NCBI GenBank assembly: GCA_002269645.1
Contig: NIVC01000983.1
Coordinates: forward strand, 248,001-312,000
Reading direction: 5' to 3'
DNA: 64,000 nt
Source: Macrostomum lignano
Lineage: Eukaryota
In this document: in pieces, positions 11,652 through 24,310 of the stretch
How the letters are laid out: each line of letters opens with the position of its first letter
Position numbering within the stretch: the first letter of the stretch is position 1
Position numbers and translations under genes: made by a program
Notes under the pieces: model-generated
Seen by the model: only the letters and a program-made list of their open reading frames with translations
Database searches by the model: none
Told to the model about the DNA's origin: nothing

Positions 11652-13384
11652 ATACAGACATGAGACAACTAACTGTTCGGATTACAATTAGTTGTGTACG
11701 GCCTCTGATGAAATCTGGTTGTCTATGCTCGTACTGCGAATTTACATCTATTGGAAAAAAATTGTAAAATTCTTCAATATTATAGTATACAACAGACTCC
11801 TTTCAATAAAAACCTTTCATGGAGTTACAGTAGTACACTGTGTTAGAGAAGAGAACTACATATTAAATGTATAAATCGAAAATGACAATGTACAAGAATA
11901 TGCACTTCATGTAAGAATAGCATCCCAAGCACTTTACTACTTTAGTTTTTATTTCCTCTCTGCCTAATGTGAATCAATATGCCAATATTGCAGATGTACT
12001 TGCAGATGATTATTTAGCCCCAATGCTCCACTTGAAATATGTAGTAATGTATTTTTAAATGGAGACTTTGATAAAAATCGAATGGCAGCTATCATCACAA
12101 TAATTCGGCGCATAAAGAAAAAAGTTAACAAAAGGCTTAGCACATTTGCCTTTTGGAACCATAGACGGGGTACAAAAATACACCCAGACATTACGCGTTT
12201 GATATCAAAGCAATTTTATTCTGTACATTTAAAATATACACAGACATGACTTAGGAGTATGTATTATTAAACAGTTTTTATTGTTAAATGGAGTGTTACA
12301 CGATGTTATATAATTACAATAAATAACTATTAGTTGGGGCGACTAGAAACCAGCTCATAAATTATTTTGAATTACGAGCTATTTATTACTATTAGTAGTA
12401 CACACATAAACAGATCAGAAAATTAATCTTGCCATCATTAATACACAAAATGAGCTACATACACGCGTGCGTAGCTTACAGATATAAACACGTAGCGCAG
12501 CTTAGCGGTCTATAACGTATTAACGAAAAACAAAACAACGAGAAGCGCAGAATCTTTTTAAAGTGAAAATATAACCATTTTTGTATATTAATAAATACGA
12601 TTACAATTAAACATGTTCAGACAAACAAAATGGGAATTTGCCTAAATCTAAATTAATGATGCACAGCACAAGAGAGCACACAGGACAACCAGAGCACAAT
12701 GTTACAGTTAGCACTGGGATGAATTTTTTTGCGGCGCGCAAGCATTCAGCCTGCAAGTCGGCGCAATACTGATACTAGACATTAAATCAGCATCTTCATC
12801 TTGTTCACCGAATCCAGAGTCCAGACTCCCTTGGCTTAAGCTTGAAGTTGTTGAAACAAAGTAATTTAAGCAGCCCCCCCCAGCCAAGCCGATAAACAGT
12901 TTGTCTTCCCTCTTGCTCGATTGTGCCTGACTTTGACCTCTTTCCTAACTGCTCTCTCATTGGCTGAGCTAAATTGGGCCTGCTCCTAGGCTGGCTGAGT
13001 TTCGTACGTCTAACTTCGACCTTTCTCCTTGCCGCTCTCTCATTGGCTGAGCCAAATTTGGCCTCCCCCCTAGGCTGATTTTTGTAAGTCTTGCGTTTGC
13101 TTGTGTAAATTGAGTTAAATTCTGTTCAGTCTTAACTCCATATAACTCCTGGGGCCAAACCCTCGAGGAAGTAAAGGAAATTTTAGCTGCCAAATTATAT
13201 TTAAATGACACTGCGCAGACAAACTACTGAAAAAAGAGTGACATCTAGTTATTTTAGTACAATATCCGTCGTGAAAACTGATATGTGCAGAGATATTCAA
13301 GTAACTTTGAACCCAAACTAACTTAAACTACCGGTAGACACCGTAGACACCGGGTAGGCGTGAGTCAGCACATCGAACCGTCAA

Positions 13385-16300
13385 TCAATCGTGACGCTTA
13401 GTCATCTGCACCAACAACTGCTGGGCCAGTGCTGGCCTGTACTGCATCAGATCGCGCCAGTCCTCGCTAGCCAGCACCTGCTGAGCGTGCTCGCGCATGA
13501 ACTGGGTGCACCGGTGGAGCAGGCTGTCCACCTGGTCAGGGTAGGAGAGCGGAACTAATTGTAGCTTAGATAAGATGCTCAGGTGATGCACACAATTTTT
13601 TTAGTGAGCTGCTGCTATCCCTTTTTATGCTTCAGTGAACTGAACTACTATCCCCATTCATGCTTCAGGTAGCTCAACTGTCGTTACATATACCCCCCAG
13701 CAGTTAAAAAAGTGAGGTTTCCCCAATTTCTATTTTTAGAATCTATCAGTTGTATTGCAAAAACAAGCCAACCCATGGCAGCTCAGACCAACCTTACCTG
13801 ATAGGTGTCAGCCAGCACGGCCAGCTCGTGCAGATTGGCCAGAGTGACGCCCCTAGCCAGGGCCTGAGCGCAGACGGCCCGCAGCTCGCTAACAGAATAT
13901 TTGTCAGCCAGCTTGAGCAGCTCTCGACCGTTGGCCTCCAGCCCGCTTAGCGGCACCTCCCCGGTATACAGGTAATCTAGAAAGACTTTGAAAGAAGCCG
14001 CCTCGGCGTCCAGAATAGTGACAGCATCGGCCGAGCGTTCCAGACAGTCGTGCGTGAACATGGCCAGGAACACGGGGCTGCGGGCCGCTAGCAGGCATTT
14101 GTGAGCCGGAAACTCGGCGCCGCAGTCCAGACGGAGGCGAACGTCGGCGGCCATGCCGGCGTCCAACAGACGGCGTAGGTCGGCGGACAGTCGACCGTGT
14201 CGTTGGACAACGGCGGTGCTGCCGCTGCTTGCGCCGGCAGCCGAAGTCGAAGCTGAGGCATCAGCGGCCGAGTCAGCCAAGCCGACGGCTCGACGGTGAT
14301 GACAGGCAACGGCGGCGTCCTGCAGCTGCAACAACAGGTCCGAGGAGGCGCTGTCGCCGACGCTGTCTACTATGCCAATCAAGCTGCCGCCGATGCCGCC
14401 GCGAATGTAGGTTGTTACCTGGATTGATGATATCGCTAATATTGTTAATTATAAAGCAAAACTTACTGTTTCTATAATTTTCGTTAATTTTGTCGGCAAC
14501 AATGTTATTCTGTCAGTAAAAGTATCTGTAATGATGTCGATGGATGTCGATTTTTGAAAGAAATGTCAGCAATTGTCGATGGAAGTGTCGGTAATGGTGT
14601 CGATGGAAGTGTCGGTAATTGTGCCGATCGAAGTGTCGGTAATTGTGTCGATGGAAGTGTCGGTAATTGTGCTGATGGAAGTGTCGGTAATTGTGCTGAT
14701 GGAAGTGTCGGTAATGGTGTCGATGGAAGTGTCGGTAATTGTGTCGATGGAAGTGTCTGTAATTGTGTCGATGGAAGTGTCGGTAATGGTGTCGATGGGA
14801 GTGTCGGTAATGGTGTCGATGGGAGTGTCGGTAATTGTGTTGATGGAAGTGTCGGTAATTGTGCTGATGGAAGTGTCGGTAATGGTGTCGATGGAAGTGT
14901 CGGTAATTGTGCCGATCGAAGTGTCGGTAATTGTGTCGATGGAAGTGTCGGTAATTGTGCTGATGGAAGTGTCGGTAATGGTGTCGATGGAAGTGTCGGT
15001 AATGGTGTCGATGGAAGTGTCGGTAATTGTGTCGATGGAAGTGTCGGTAATTGTGCTGATGGAAGTGTCGGTAATGGTGTCGATGGAAGTGTCGGTAATT
15101 GTGCCGATGGAAGTGTCGGTAATTGTGTCGATGGAAGTGTCTGTAATTGTGTCGATGGAAGTGTCGGTAATTGTGCTGATGGAAGTGTCGGTAATGGTGT
15201 CGATGGAAGTGTCGGTAATTGTGTCGATGGAAGTGTCTGTAATTGTGTCGATGGAAGTGTCGGTAATGGTGTCGATGGAAGTGTCTGTAATTGTGTCGAT
15301 GGAAGTGTCGGTAATGGTGTCGATGGAAGTGTCGGTAATGGTGTCGATGGGAGTGTCGGTAATTGTGTTGATGGAAGTGCCGGCAATTATTTCGAAGCAA
15401 GTGTCAGTAAAAATGCCGGTGAAACATAATCACACGTAATCATGTAGCTAGCACAATCAGGATTCTCTGTGTCGGAAACACATCAAGCATTTTATTTATT
15501 TGCCACGTCAGAACTGAGGTCAAGACAAAAAACCATTCAGCACTATTCAAAGACAGCATTTGGCTAACCTGCGAAGGCACCGAGAAGTGCACAGTCAGCT
15601 GCAGAGTGAGATGCCGAACTCGGTGAAATTCGGAGCGCAATACAACACTCCAACCGTGGGTGCCATGAACGGCGAAGCTCAGCGACTCTGAACGGCGCTC
15701 CAGCCGCTGAATCTGTGGGGGATTCGCCGATGCGGAGCCCTCGCCGCCGCCGCCGCTGACTGGGCCCTCCATCTTGAAATGGGCTTTCGATATTATTGGT
15801 CGAAACGGCGTCTCCGTGTCGACCTTTTAAAATAGAAAAGATGAAGCTAAAGTGAGATGTTTATATTTTGCGGGTAGCAACTAACCAACCTGTTTATATT
15901 GAGTGGGTAGCAGCGGTTTCAAGTGTTTATATTAAGGGTAGCAAGCAGAGTGTGTTGGGTTGGGTAGCAACCATGGTGTGCTGGGTGGGTAGCAACCATA
16001 GTGTGTTGGGTGGGTAGCAACCATAGTGTGTTGGGTGGGTAGCAACCATAGTGTGTTGGGTGGGTAGCAACCATAGTGTGTTGGGTGGGTAGCAACCATA
16101 GTGTGTTGGGTGGGTAGCAACCATAGTGTTGGGTGGGTAGCAAGCATAGTGTTGGGTGGGTAGCAAGCATAGTGTGTTGGGTGGGTAGCAACCATAGTGT
16201 GTTGGGTGGGTAGCAACCATAGTGTGTTGGGTGGGTAGCAACCATAGTGTGTTGGGTGGGTAGCAACCATAGTGTTGGGTGGGTAGCAAGCATAGTGTTG

Positions 16301-17172
16301 GGTGGGTAGCAAGCAGAGTGCATTGGGTTGGCTAGCAACCATGGTGTGCTGGGTGGGTAGCAACCATAGTGTGTTGGGTGGGTAGCAACCATAGTGTTGG
16401 GTGGGTAGCAACCATAGTGTGTTGGGTGGGTAGCAACCATAGTGTTGGGTGGGTAGCAACCATAGTGTGTTGGGTGGGTAGCAAGCATAGTGTTGGGTGG
16501 GTAGCAAGCAGAGTGCATTGGGTTGGCTAGCAACCATGGTGTGCTGGGTGGGTAGCAACCATAGTGTGTTGGGTGGGTAGCAACCATAGTGTTGGGTGGG
16601 TAGCAACCATAGTGTGTTGGGTGGGTAGCAACCATAGTGTTGGGTGGGTAGCAACCATAGTGTGTTGGGTGGGTAGCAACCATAGTGTGTTGGGTGGGGT
16701 AGAAACCAAGCTAGAAGCGCAAGTGCCCTGGACTCACCTCTTTGAGCACCACAAACACGCAAATCCAATCGCGAAATTGTTGACAGTCGCCGTGCGGATA
16801 AAAGCGAAGGCACCATTTAATACTGGGGCACTCTTCCGCGTAGAATGACGGACTATCCAAGTAGTGCCCGGTGACAAACGGCAATGAGGTCCAGTTATTG
16901 ATTTCCCAACGACAATAGCAGGTGTAGTGAGGTACGACGGTAGTAAAGTCGAATGCATTAGCATCTTCTGCTAGCGAAGACGATGATTGCTGTTGTTGCT
17001 GCTGTTGCTGCTGCAACTGACGCTGGGGTGACGAGCCGCGAGGCCGACTGCCATGCTGATGGTGCTGATCGCGAGCTAATGCCAATTGTTGTTGCTGTTG
17101 CTGCTGTGCGCCCCCAGTGAGCTGATCTCTAGCCTGCTGGCGAGAGTTGCTCAGATTCAGTGAGCGCGACAT
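13385..17172 (-). CDS. SPOP: Speckle-type POZ protein-like (MATH-BTB-BACK Cullin-3 adaptor), about 485 aa; symbol is family-level
   Basis: Exons 17172-16738, 15823-15569, 14418-13798 and 13531-13385, all phase 0 with GT-AG. MATH: RWEINNW...SPSF...KWCLRFYPHG...WICVFVVL. BTB: ADVRL...FPAHKCLLAARSPVFLAMF...FLDYLYTG...LLKLADKY. BACK-like end: LADTYQVDSLLHRCTQFM...SEDWRDL. Confidence 0.88.
14570..15385. repeat. 24-bp minisatellite (SPOP-like intron 2)
   Basis: Unit GTCGATGGAAGTGTCGGTAAT(T/G)GT, about 33 copies; stop-free in four frames, giving four spurious 288-295 aa ORFs. Confidence 0.95.
15930..16698. repeat. 23/25-bp minisatellite (SPOP-like intron 1)
   Basis: Unit GGGTGGGTAGCAACCATAGTGT(GT)T, about 30 copies. 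Confidence 0.95.
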
Positions 17173-17237
17173 GAAATGTAAAATTGATTAAACTGGGTCA
17201 AAAACCTTTCCTTTCTTCTAGACTTGAGCACCACAAA

Positions 17238-18192
17238 GGGATTGTAGCCTAGTAGGGGATTGTAGCCTAGTAGGGGATTGTAGCCTATTAGGGGATTGTA
17301 GCCTAGTAGGGGATTGTAGCCTAGTAGGGGATTGTAGCCTAGCTGCCTAGTAGGGGATTGTAGCCTAGTAGGGGATTGTAGCCTAGTAGGGGATTGTAGC
17401 CTATTAGGGGATTGTAGCCTAGCTGCCTAGTAGGGGATTGTAGCCTAGTAGGGGATTGTAGCCTAGTAGGGGATTGTAGTCTATTAGGGATTGTAGTCTA
17501 TTAGGGATTCTAGCCTATTAGGGGATTGTAGTCTAGTAGGGGATTGTAGTCTAGTAGGGGATTGTAGCCTAGCTGCCTAGTAGGGGACTGTAGCCTAGTA
17601 GGGGATTGTAGCCTAGCTGCCTAGTGCCTAGTAGGGGATTGTAGCCTAGTACGGGATTGTAGCCTATTAGGGGATTGTAGCCTAGTAGGGGATTGTAGTC
17701 TATTAGGGATTCTAGCCTATTAGGGGATTGTAGTCTAGTAGGGGATTGTAGTCTAGTAGGGGATTGTAGCCTAGCTGCCTAGTAGGGGATTGTAGCCTAG
17801 TAGGGGATTGTAGCCTATTAGAGGATTGTAGCCTAGTAGGGGATTGTAGCCTAGTAGGGGATTGTAGCCTAGTAGGGGATTGTAGCCTATTAGGGGATTG
17901 TAGTCTAGTAGGGGATTGTAGTCTAGTAGGGGATTGTAGCCTAGCTGCCTAGTAGGGGATTGTAGCCTATTAGGGGATTGTAGTCTAGTAGGAGATTGTA
18001 GTCTAGTAGGGGATTGTAGCCTAGCTGCCTAGTAGGGGATTGTAGCCTAGTAGGGGATTGTAGCCTAGCTGCCTAGTAGGGGACTGTAGCCTAGTAGGGG
18101 ATTATAGCTAAGTAGGGGATTTTAGCCTAATAGGGGCTAGGGGTTGTAGCCTAATAGGGGGTTGTAGCCTAATAGGGGATTGTAGTCCAGTA
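17238..18192. repeat. 18-bp minisatellite derived from the 5' end of a tRNA-SINE
   Basis: Unit GGGGATTGTAGCCTAGTA, about 50 copies with occasional GCTGCCTA inserts, running directly into the SINE at 18193. Confidence 0.93.
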
Positions 18193-18401
18193 GGGGATTA
18201 TAGCCTAGTGGTTAGAGCATCAGACTCACAATTAAAAGGTTGGCAGTTTGATTCTTGACCTACTTGGAGAATACATTTGTTTTTTAATAAGACACTTAAT
18301 AACTGTGCATTGCTTTAGCCTACCTAGCTGTAAAATAGGTATCAGCACTAGCGGGAGTAATTGAAGGTGTGTGTGATGACTGTCTAGTCCTTGGACTAAA
18401 C
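18193..18401 (+). mobile_element. tRNA-derived SINE (diverged copy)
   Basis: GGGGATTATAGCCTAGTGGTTAGAGC (A box), GCAGTTTGATTC (decayed B box), then AAGACACTT...CAGCTGTAAAAT-like...GTCCTTGG, paralleling the copy at 23829. Confidence 0.75.
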
Positions 18402-21400
18402 AGCTATATACAAACTTTAGATGTACTGCTTTAAAAGCTATAGCTAAGCTATTAGTTGCATATCTGCTTATTAGAGCACTGAGGGCAGGTGTAATTATTT
18501 ATTATTATGATAATATAGTGACACTTGGCCCACTGCTTTTGATTTTCTGCTCCAACCAATAGTATAGTCTATCCTATATTTGATAAACTCATTAGCTATC
18601 ATCATGTTTGTTTAGGCTAGCCTAAGCCTAGTCAGATGGCCTGAGACTATAAAAACATAAAATAAAGGCTTAAACCAATCATATGCTAGTATACCCAATA
18701 AAAAATAGCATTAGTTTCTAGGCTACACAAACTAATTTTATATAAAAATTATGCTTATAAGTTATATACTATTAGGCCTAACCAAGAAATAAATGACTTA
18801 AACAGACTATCAAAGTGTAGATAAAAATGAATACTATTTTAATTAGGGTCTAAAATAAAAAACACTTTATAAGGTCTGCTAAAAATGTTCAATACATTTT
18901 AAATTGTATATAGGCCCCCTATAATATAATATAGTAAATTATAATTATTTATAATACTAATACTAATAGTTAGTTCTATACCAAGCTGTCTTATCCCTAT
19001 TTCACTAGGCCTATATGCTATACTTTTCTCCTATGCCTGGCTATGCAGGTCATCATTATACTATTGTCTATTTGCAGTGTGAGGCAAAAGCATAGGCTAG
19101 GTAAAGCATTGACATACAAAATCTAAAATAAAATTGTCAGTGAGTGATGCTTCCTGCTTTGCAGAATTGCAGATAAAGTAAATTAAACCAAGAGACAGCT
19201 GACAGAGTAGGCCTATAGTCTGACACTTTATTGAGCATCTGTGTGACTGTGTCCCATACGCTACTCCATACTGATCTCGCTGCAACTTTCCACAGTTCCA
19301 CATGTTGATACGGAACTGAATGATGTTCAAAACGATGGCTTTATTAAAACTGTATACAAAAACTTTAGCTGGGGTGGATGCGATGTAATGAAGAATTGAG
19401 TGGTAGGAGCAGGCCTAATTTCATTGGTTGCCGCAGCAGACGAGTAGGCAAAACGTTGCAAACCAATTCGTCTGCTGAGCAGACGAACTGGCGGCAGACG
19501 AATTGACTGGCACCCGTTGATACTGGCCAGACCACGATAACTGGAAATTTTTTAAAGTCAAAATATTGATTTTTTTCTAGAAATGTGTGAGTGCAGTATA
19601 GCAAAGTAGCCAGCAAAGAAGCCTTTTTTGCTTTATATTTGATTGTAATTACAATTATTTACAATTGATATTGATTAAGCTTATTTTTACAAATAAAATT
19701 TTCTTTCCATAGTGGGCTACGTAAGACATGGCTATAAGTGTTTCTAGAAATTTCTACCACACCACCACCGCCGCGCTGCGCTGACTGATGGTAAAAGATC
19801 GCAGAAGTAGAGCATGAACTCATTTAACTGCATAACAACAATACTCACTTACTCACTCACAGCCATAGCTTTAAGAGTTAAGGCCAATGAGTAGGCCCTA
19901 ATCAATTTTTAAATATAATTGATATAGTAAATACAAGCCTATAAATGCCTATAACTCAAAGCCTATAAATGCCTATAACTCATCATATGAGCCTGTTTTT
20001 TAGATTTTAATTTAGTAGGCCTTTATTGTGTTTTCTCTTCTCACTTTTTTGCCATTGGCCATTGACTTCCTGGCTTCCCATAGGCCTAGCCATTTGGTTC
20101 TGGTTCAACACTCCAACTGGGTTATTAAGCCAAGTATAAGTATCAAGTGTGATTTTAGTTAGGCCTAGGCCTATCTGAATTGTTCTAAGTTTTTTAAGCC
20201 TTTGATTCAATTGTTAAATCTGTTTCAAGTCTATTAAAATATTTTTAAATTATCTAAACCATCTGAAGTTACTATCAGTGTCAGAAATACAAGGGGTAGC
20301 AATTCACTTTGCCAAAAGTTGATCTGCCAAAATTCAATTTGTTGAAATTGAAAGCAGGCTATTTTGGCTTTTTCCAAACAAGTTATGATATAGGTCCAGG
20401 TTGTAAAATAAACAAATAGCCCCCTAGGCCTTAATAAATAATTGTCATATAAATTAAACACATAAATTTGTATGTAATTAATAGGCCTAGTAATAATAAT
20501 AGTTTTATAATAATTGTCTAATATTATTGAATATTAAACTTCAAGTAGGGGCCTAGGCTTAGTCAACAATAATAGGTCTATTCATATAGAAGTTTTTTGC
20601 ATTTTTAATCTAAAAACTAGTATTTAATTTAGCTTTGTTTGTTTTATTGTACAATTTATACATATCTTAAATTCATATTGTCTAGATTCAAAAATAGTAT
20701 TATAATTTATAAGCCTCTACAAATGTGTTCTAGCCAATAAGCCAATTAGGGCCTTAGGGCCTAACCTGTTTCATAACTCAATTCAACCTTGGACTTAGTC
20801 CTTGTTCAAAAACTTGTTTTTCAAACATTTAAAATGCTTAAAAATCTTTCTAAATCTAAACCTTTAGAAATTTTTTTGATGAAAATAGTAAAAGGAAATC
20901 ATTCTATATATACTATTGATGTATAGAACACCAAAGAAATCAAAGTATAATAAAACAAAGTAGACTTTAGAAATAGGCCTACAGTAACAGTAGGCCTAAG
21001 CATACTATTATTTAATAAAAAGGCTATGTATGACCCTCAAATTTTTGGAATGTTTCAAGGACTGGACAGTTGAATACTTAGATAGCCTAACTACTAAGAC
21101 ATTTATAAGAAAAGTTATTCTAAGATTATGTACATATACATATTACATATATAGGAAAATCTAGGCCAATAGCAGATGACTTAATATATAATAAGAACAC
21201 TAGGCCCTATCTCTATATAATAATAAAATTACTAGTATATATTGAGAATGCTAGGGCTACTAATAAGTGTTAGGAACATTACCTTGCAGCAGAAGTAAGA
21301 AATACCTAGACCCATGCTTAGAAATAAAATCATATAAATCCATTTTTAGAACATTTTGAAAGGACAAAGGCCATAACCCCTTGGACAACTTTGGTAGAGG

Positions 21401-21428
21401 CACTTAGGATTTATAGAAAAGTTTAGCC

Positions 21429-21692
21429 CATACATGCGCAACTGCTGGCCGACCTGGCCGATCTGGCCACCATAAATTGTGGTGGACCAGGGGTAAGTCG
21501 CAAAAATGCCCAACCTAAAGAATAGACGGAGTACTAATTAGATGACGAGGCATTTAGCCCTAATAAGACAGTCATAGTTACTCCTGCCGTTTACCCAAAA
21601 TTGCGTTAATGTTTCTTTTACAGGTAAGTCGCATTTTTGGTCGAAAAGTAAGTCGCATGGCCAGTGTAAATCAGGGGGGTTGCGCATGTATG
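21429..21692. mobile_element. MITE, CATACATGCGCAAC TIR family (hAT- or P-type 8-bp TSD)
   Basis: TIR CATACATGCGCAAC ... GTTGCGCATGTATG; perfect TSD GTTTAGCC (21421-21428 and 21693-21700). Confidence 0.88.
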
Positions 21693-22154
21693 GTTTAGCC
21701 CCATTACAACTTGGTTTCAGCAGTAAGATCAGTTAAGAAGATAGAACTATTAGGCCTATAAAATAAACTTATAAACAAATACCATAAAATGTTAGAATGA
21801 AAGTTTTGTTTTCCTATCTATGTCCTGCACTATTGCATTTGCATACTCCATTAAAAAGTGTCTTTCAATAGGCTCTAGGCCCCATTTTAGCTCAATTGTA
21901 AAATAAGTTTCTTGAAGACAAACAATTCAATATCAATTTCTTTGTAATGAGTGATTAATGTTGTGATGTTCCTGGCAAAATGCATCTTTGGTAAATTTAT
22001 TTTTTTGCCATTGGCCTGCATTCAAGTTACTGTATTTTGGGTTTTGTATAGTTTGCATATTATCAATTGAGAGTAAGATTTTGACTTGTAATGTTGATAT
22101 AAACACCTAATAATTTGTCATTATTGGAAATTTCCCATGCTCTAATCAGTTGTA

Positions 22155-23156
22155 ATGGCATCATCAAGCAGTGAGCCGCCCTCATTGGACGCCATGCTAA
22201 ACAGTCTGGTGTACATTGTAGAAGCACACAAGGCCCACGTTAAGACCAGGCGAGATTGGGGGCTACTGTTTGCTCATTGCTACCTGCTAGCCACCGAATT
22301 CTCCTTTGTTGGCCTGCAGCCGCAGCGAGAGCAGCAGCAACAGCAGGCGTCAGCATCGTCTGGACGATCGCCGATGCTCCCAGCCGAGTGCTGGTCAGAC
22401 AGCGGCCGAGGCGAAGACGTTGTCTTGGTTTATCGACACAAGCGCCGCTCTGCTGACCAACAGGAAGCGGACAACAGCAGCTGCTACATGCTTGGCCTCG
22501 TGCCAATGGGCTCCGATCTGATTGTGTCACTGTCGCACCGGGACACCGCAGCCAGCTGCACCATCAGCGCCGACCTACTGGCTGCGGTTGATGCAGCTGC
22601 TACCGATAATGACGACTGTCTTCGCCGCGCTTATCCAGCCGTTGAACGGCTGCATCGCCTGCTGTGGGACCAGCTGTTTCTCAGACTGGCTCCTTTCAGG
22701 ACTCAGCAGCAGCAACAGCAACAGCAGCAGCAACAGCAACAACAGACCCCAATCCCCATGCCGCATCATCCCCTCCCTGGATCGCCTCAGCCTCTGCCCC
22801 AGCCGATGCGGCCTCAAGCCACCAATCCATTCGACTACGGCCGCGCCGATCTCGACCCGTTTGGCGGCGCCGGCGGCGGCATGCGCTTTGATCCTCTGCG
22901 AATCGGACAGCCCAGACGAGCCGGGCCGCCCCTGCTTGACCCGTCCGGCCGGCCGCTGCCGCCTGGCGCGGTGCCGCCCGGCGCCCGGTTCGACCCGTTC
23001 GGCCCGGGCGGGCCAGGCCAGCCGGGCGGATTCGCCGATCCCGACCCGGATAATCTGCGCCCGCCTGGCTGGGGCGCTGGCCACGAAGGCGGCTTCGGCC
23101 GGGGCGGCGGCGGCTTTGGGGGTGGCGGTTTCGGAGGCGGAAACTTTTATATGTGA
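22155..23156 (+). CDS. PSMF1: Proteasome inhibitor PI31 subunit, single coding exon, 333 aa
   Basis: FP domain (LLFAHCYLLATEFSFVG). Pro-rich C-terminus with NPFDYGRADLDPFGG, GGMRFDP, PPGAVPPGARFDPFGP and DPDPDNLRPPG. Terminal HbYX-type motif FYM. Confidence 0.93.
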   Translation: MASSSSEPPSLDAMLNSLVYIVEAHKAHVKTRRDWGLLFAHCYLLATEFSFVGLQPQREQQQQQASASSGRSPMLPAECWSDSGRGEDVVLVYRHKRRSADQQEADNSSCYMLGLVPMGSDLIVSLSHRDTAASCTISADLLAAVDAAATDNDDCLRRAYPAVERLHRLLWDQLFLRLAPFRTQQQQQQQQQQQQQQTPIPMPHHPLPGSPQPLPQPMRPQATNPFDYGRADLDPFGGAGGGMRFDPLRIGQPRRAGPPLLDPSGRPLPPGAVPPGARFDPFGPGGPGQPGGFADPDPDNLRPPGWGAGHEGGFGRGGGGFGGGGFGGGNFYM

Positions 23157-23321
23157 CTGACGGCCGATCACAACTGATAGGTTCTTGCTGGAGCCATACA
23201 AATAATTCGTACCCCATACTGGTGTGACTGTAAAGGGATTTTCCTTGATTCGAAATATCCCACAGATACTGGTTGAATTACGGATGGGTTTGACTGAAAA
23301 GGTATTTACGAACGTGGATTC

Positions 23322-23460
23322 GAAATGTCCCATGGATACTGATGGGATAGCGGTGGTGATTTACCTGGATCCGAAATATTCCATGGATACTGATTGGATA
23401 GCGGTGGGGATTTACCTGGATTCGAAATATTCCATAGATACTGATTGGAGTTCAGTGGGG
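23322..23460. repeat. Short 51-bp tandem repeat (about 3 copies) downstream of PSMF1
   Basis: Unit CCATGGATACTGAT(G/T)GGATAGCGGTGG.GATTTACCTGGAT.CGAAATATT. Confidence 0.8.
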
Positions 23461-23828
23461 ATTCAGCGCGTGAATAACACATTGAGCTGTATTTACAGTG
23501 TATAGTAGTCAAAATGAACACTTGGCTGGTTAGTGTTCTGTTCCTATAATTAATTTTATTTGCTTCGCCTCTTGTCTATTTCAGTTAAAATCCCAACCTG
23601 AATACTGCGTCATCAGATGTGACTATTTTCATTTTCGGAATGTAAAAAAGTATTTTTTGTTTCGTTTTTTTCTAAGAAAGCCATTGTGGTGCCAGTTTAC
23701 AACCCGCATTAAATCATTGGTTTCAGTTAAGTGTACTCTTTTCTGCGCCTTTTTTACTTTTTTTTAATTTACAGTCCACACACAATTTAAAATTTTTGCG
23801 ACCTATTAGGATTTTTTGAAGGCCATCA

Positions 23829-24050
23829 GGGGTTGTAGCCTAGTGGTTAGAGCGCGTCGGACTCACGGCTTAAAGATCGGGGGTTCGATTCCCGATCCCA
23901 CCTGAACGATTTGTGTCCTTGAGCAAAGACGCTTACTTAAGACACTCGACTATGCATCGCTTCAGTTCACCCAGCTGTAAAATGGATGCCAGCATTAGCT
24001 GGGGTAACTGAGGGTGCGTGTGGCGACTGCCTGGTCCTTGGAATGTAAAA
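23829..24050 (+). mobile_element. tRNA-derived SINE with a CORE-like central domain
   Basis: A box TAGCCTAGTGGTTAGAGC, B box GGGTTCGATTCCCG, then TGTGTCCTTGAGCAAAG...CTTCAGTTCACCCAGCTGTAAAATGG, similar to the CORE-SINE motif TGTGACCTTGGGCAAG...CTCAGTTTCCTCATCTGTAAAATGG. Confidence 0.8.
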
Positions 24051-24310
24051 AATCATCCATTTTGAGTGCATAAAATGTACAATTTTTATCTTGCTATTGT
24101 ATTGTAAGTGAAATTGAGCCTTTTAATGCAGCTACAGCATCCCTGTATTTCTGTCACAGAATGTTGAACTGTAGCTCAATGAGCTAATTTCCTACTGTGC
24201 TTGTCTAGACAAGGGTGAGGTAACCACCCGAAATTCAGCTGCGTACTAACCGCTGTCAACTTAGCTTAACTTGCTTTGCATTGCATGCTGCATTATTCGT
24301 TAATAACGAG

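Noticed and set aside
12655-12935. Minus-strand open frame with DSGFGEQDED, a possible extra exon between SPOP-like and RNF10
   Set aside because: No start codon, no recognisable homology, and no junction needed by either gene model.
14505-15439. Four overlapping 288-295 aa ORFs (PTLPSTQL, HFHRHNYR, VDGSVGNC and VSMEVSVI repeats)
   Set aside because: They are translations of a stop-free 24-bp minisatellite inside the phase-consistent SPOP-like intron 2, with no independent gene signals.
20784-20802. CCTTGGACTTAGTCCTTG as a third P-element footprint
   Set aside because: The left stub is imperfect and there is no flanking 8-bp direct repeat.
23829-23905. tRNA-like sequence with A and B boxes (also 18193, and a decayed reverse copy near 49760-49830)
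   Set aside because: No convincing acceptor stem or cloverleaf, and it continues into a SINE body, so it is called a SINE.
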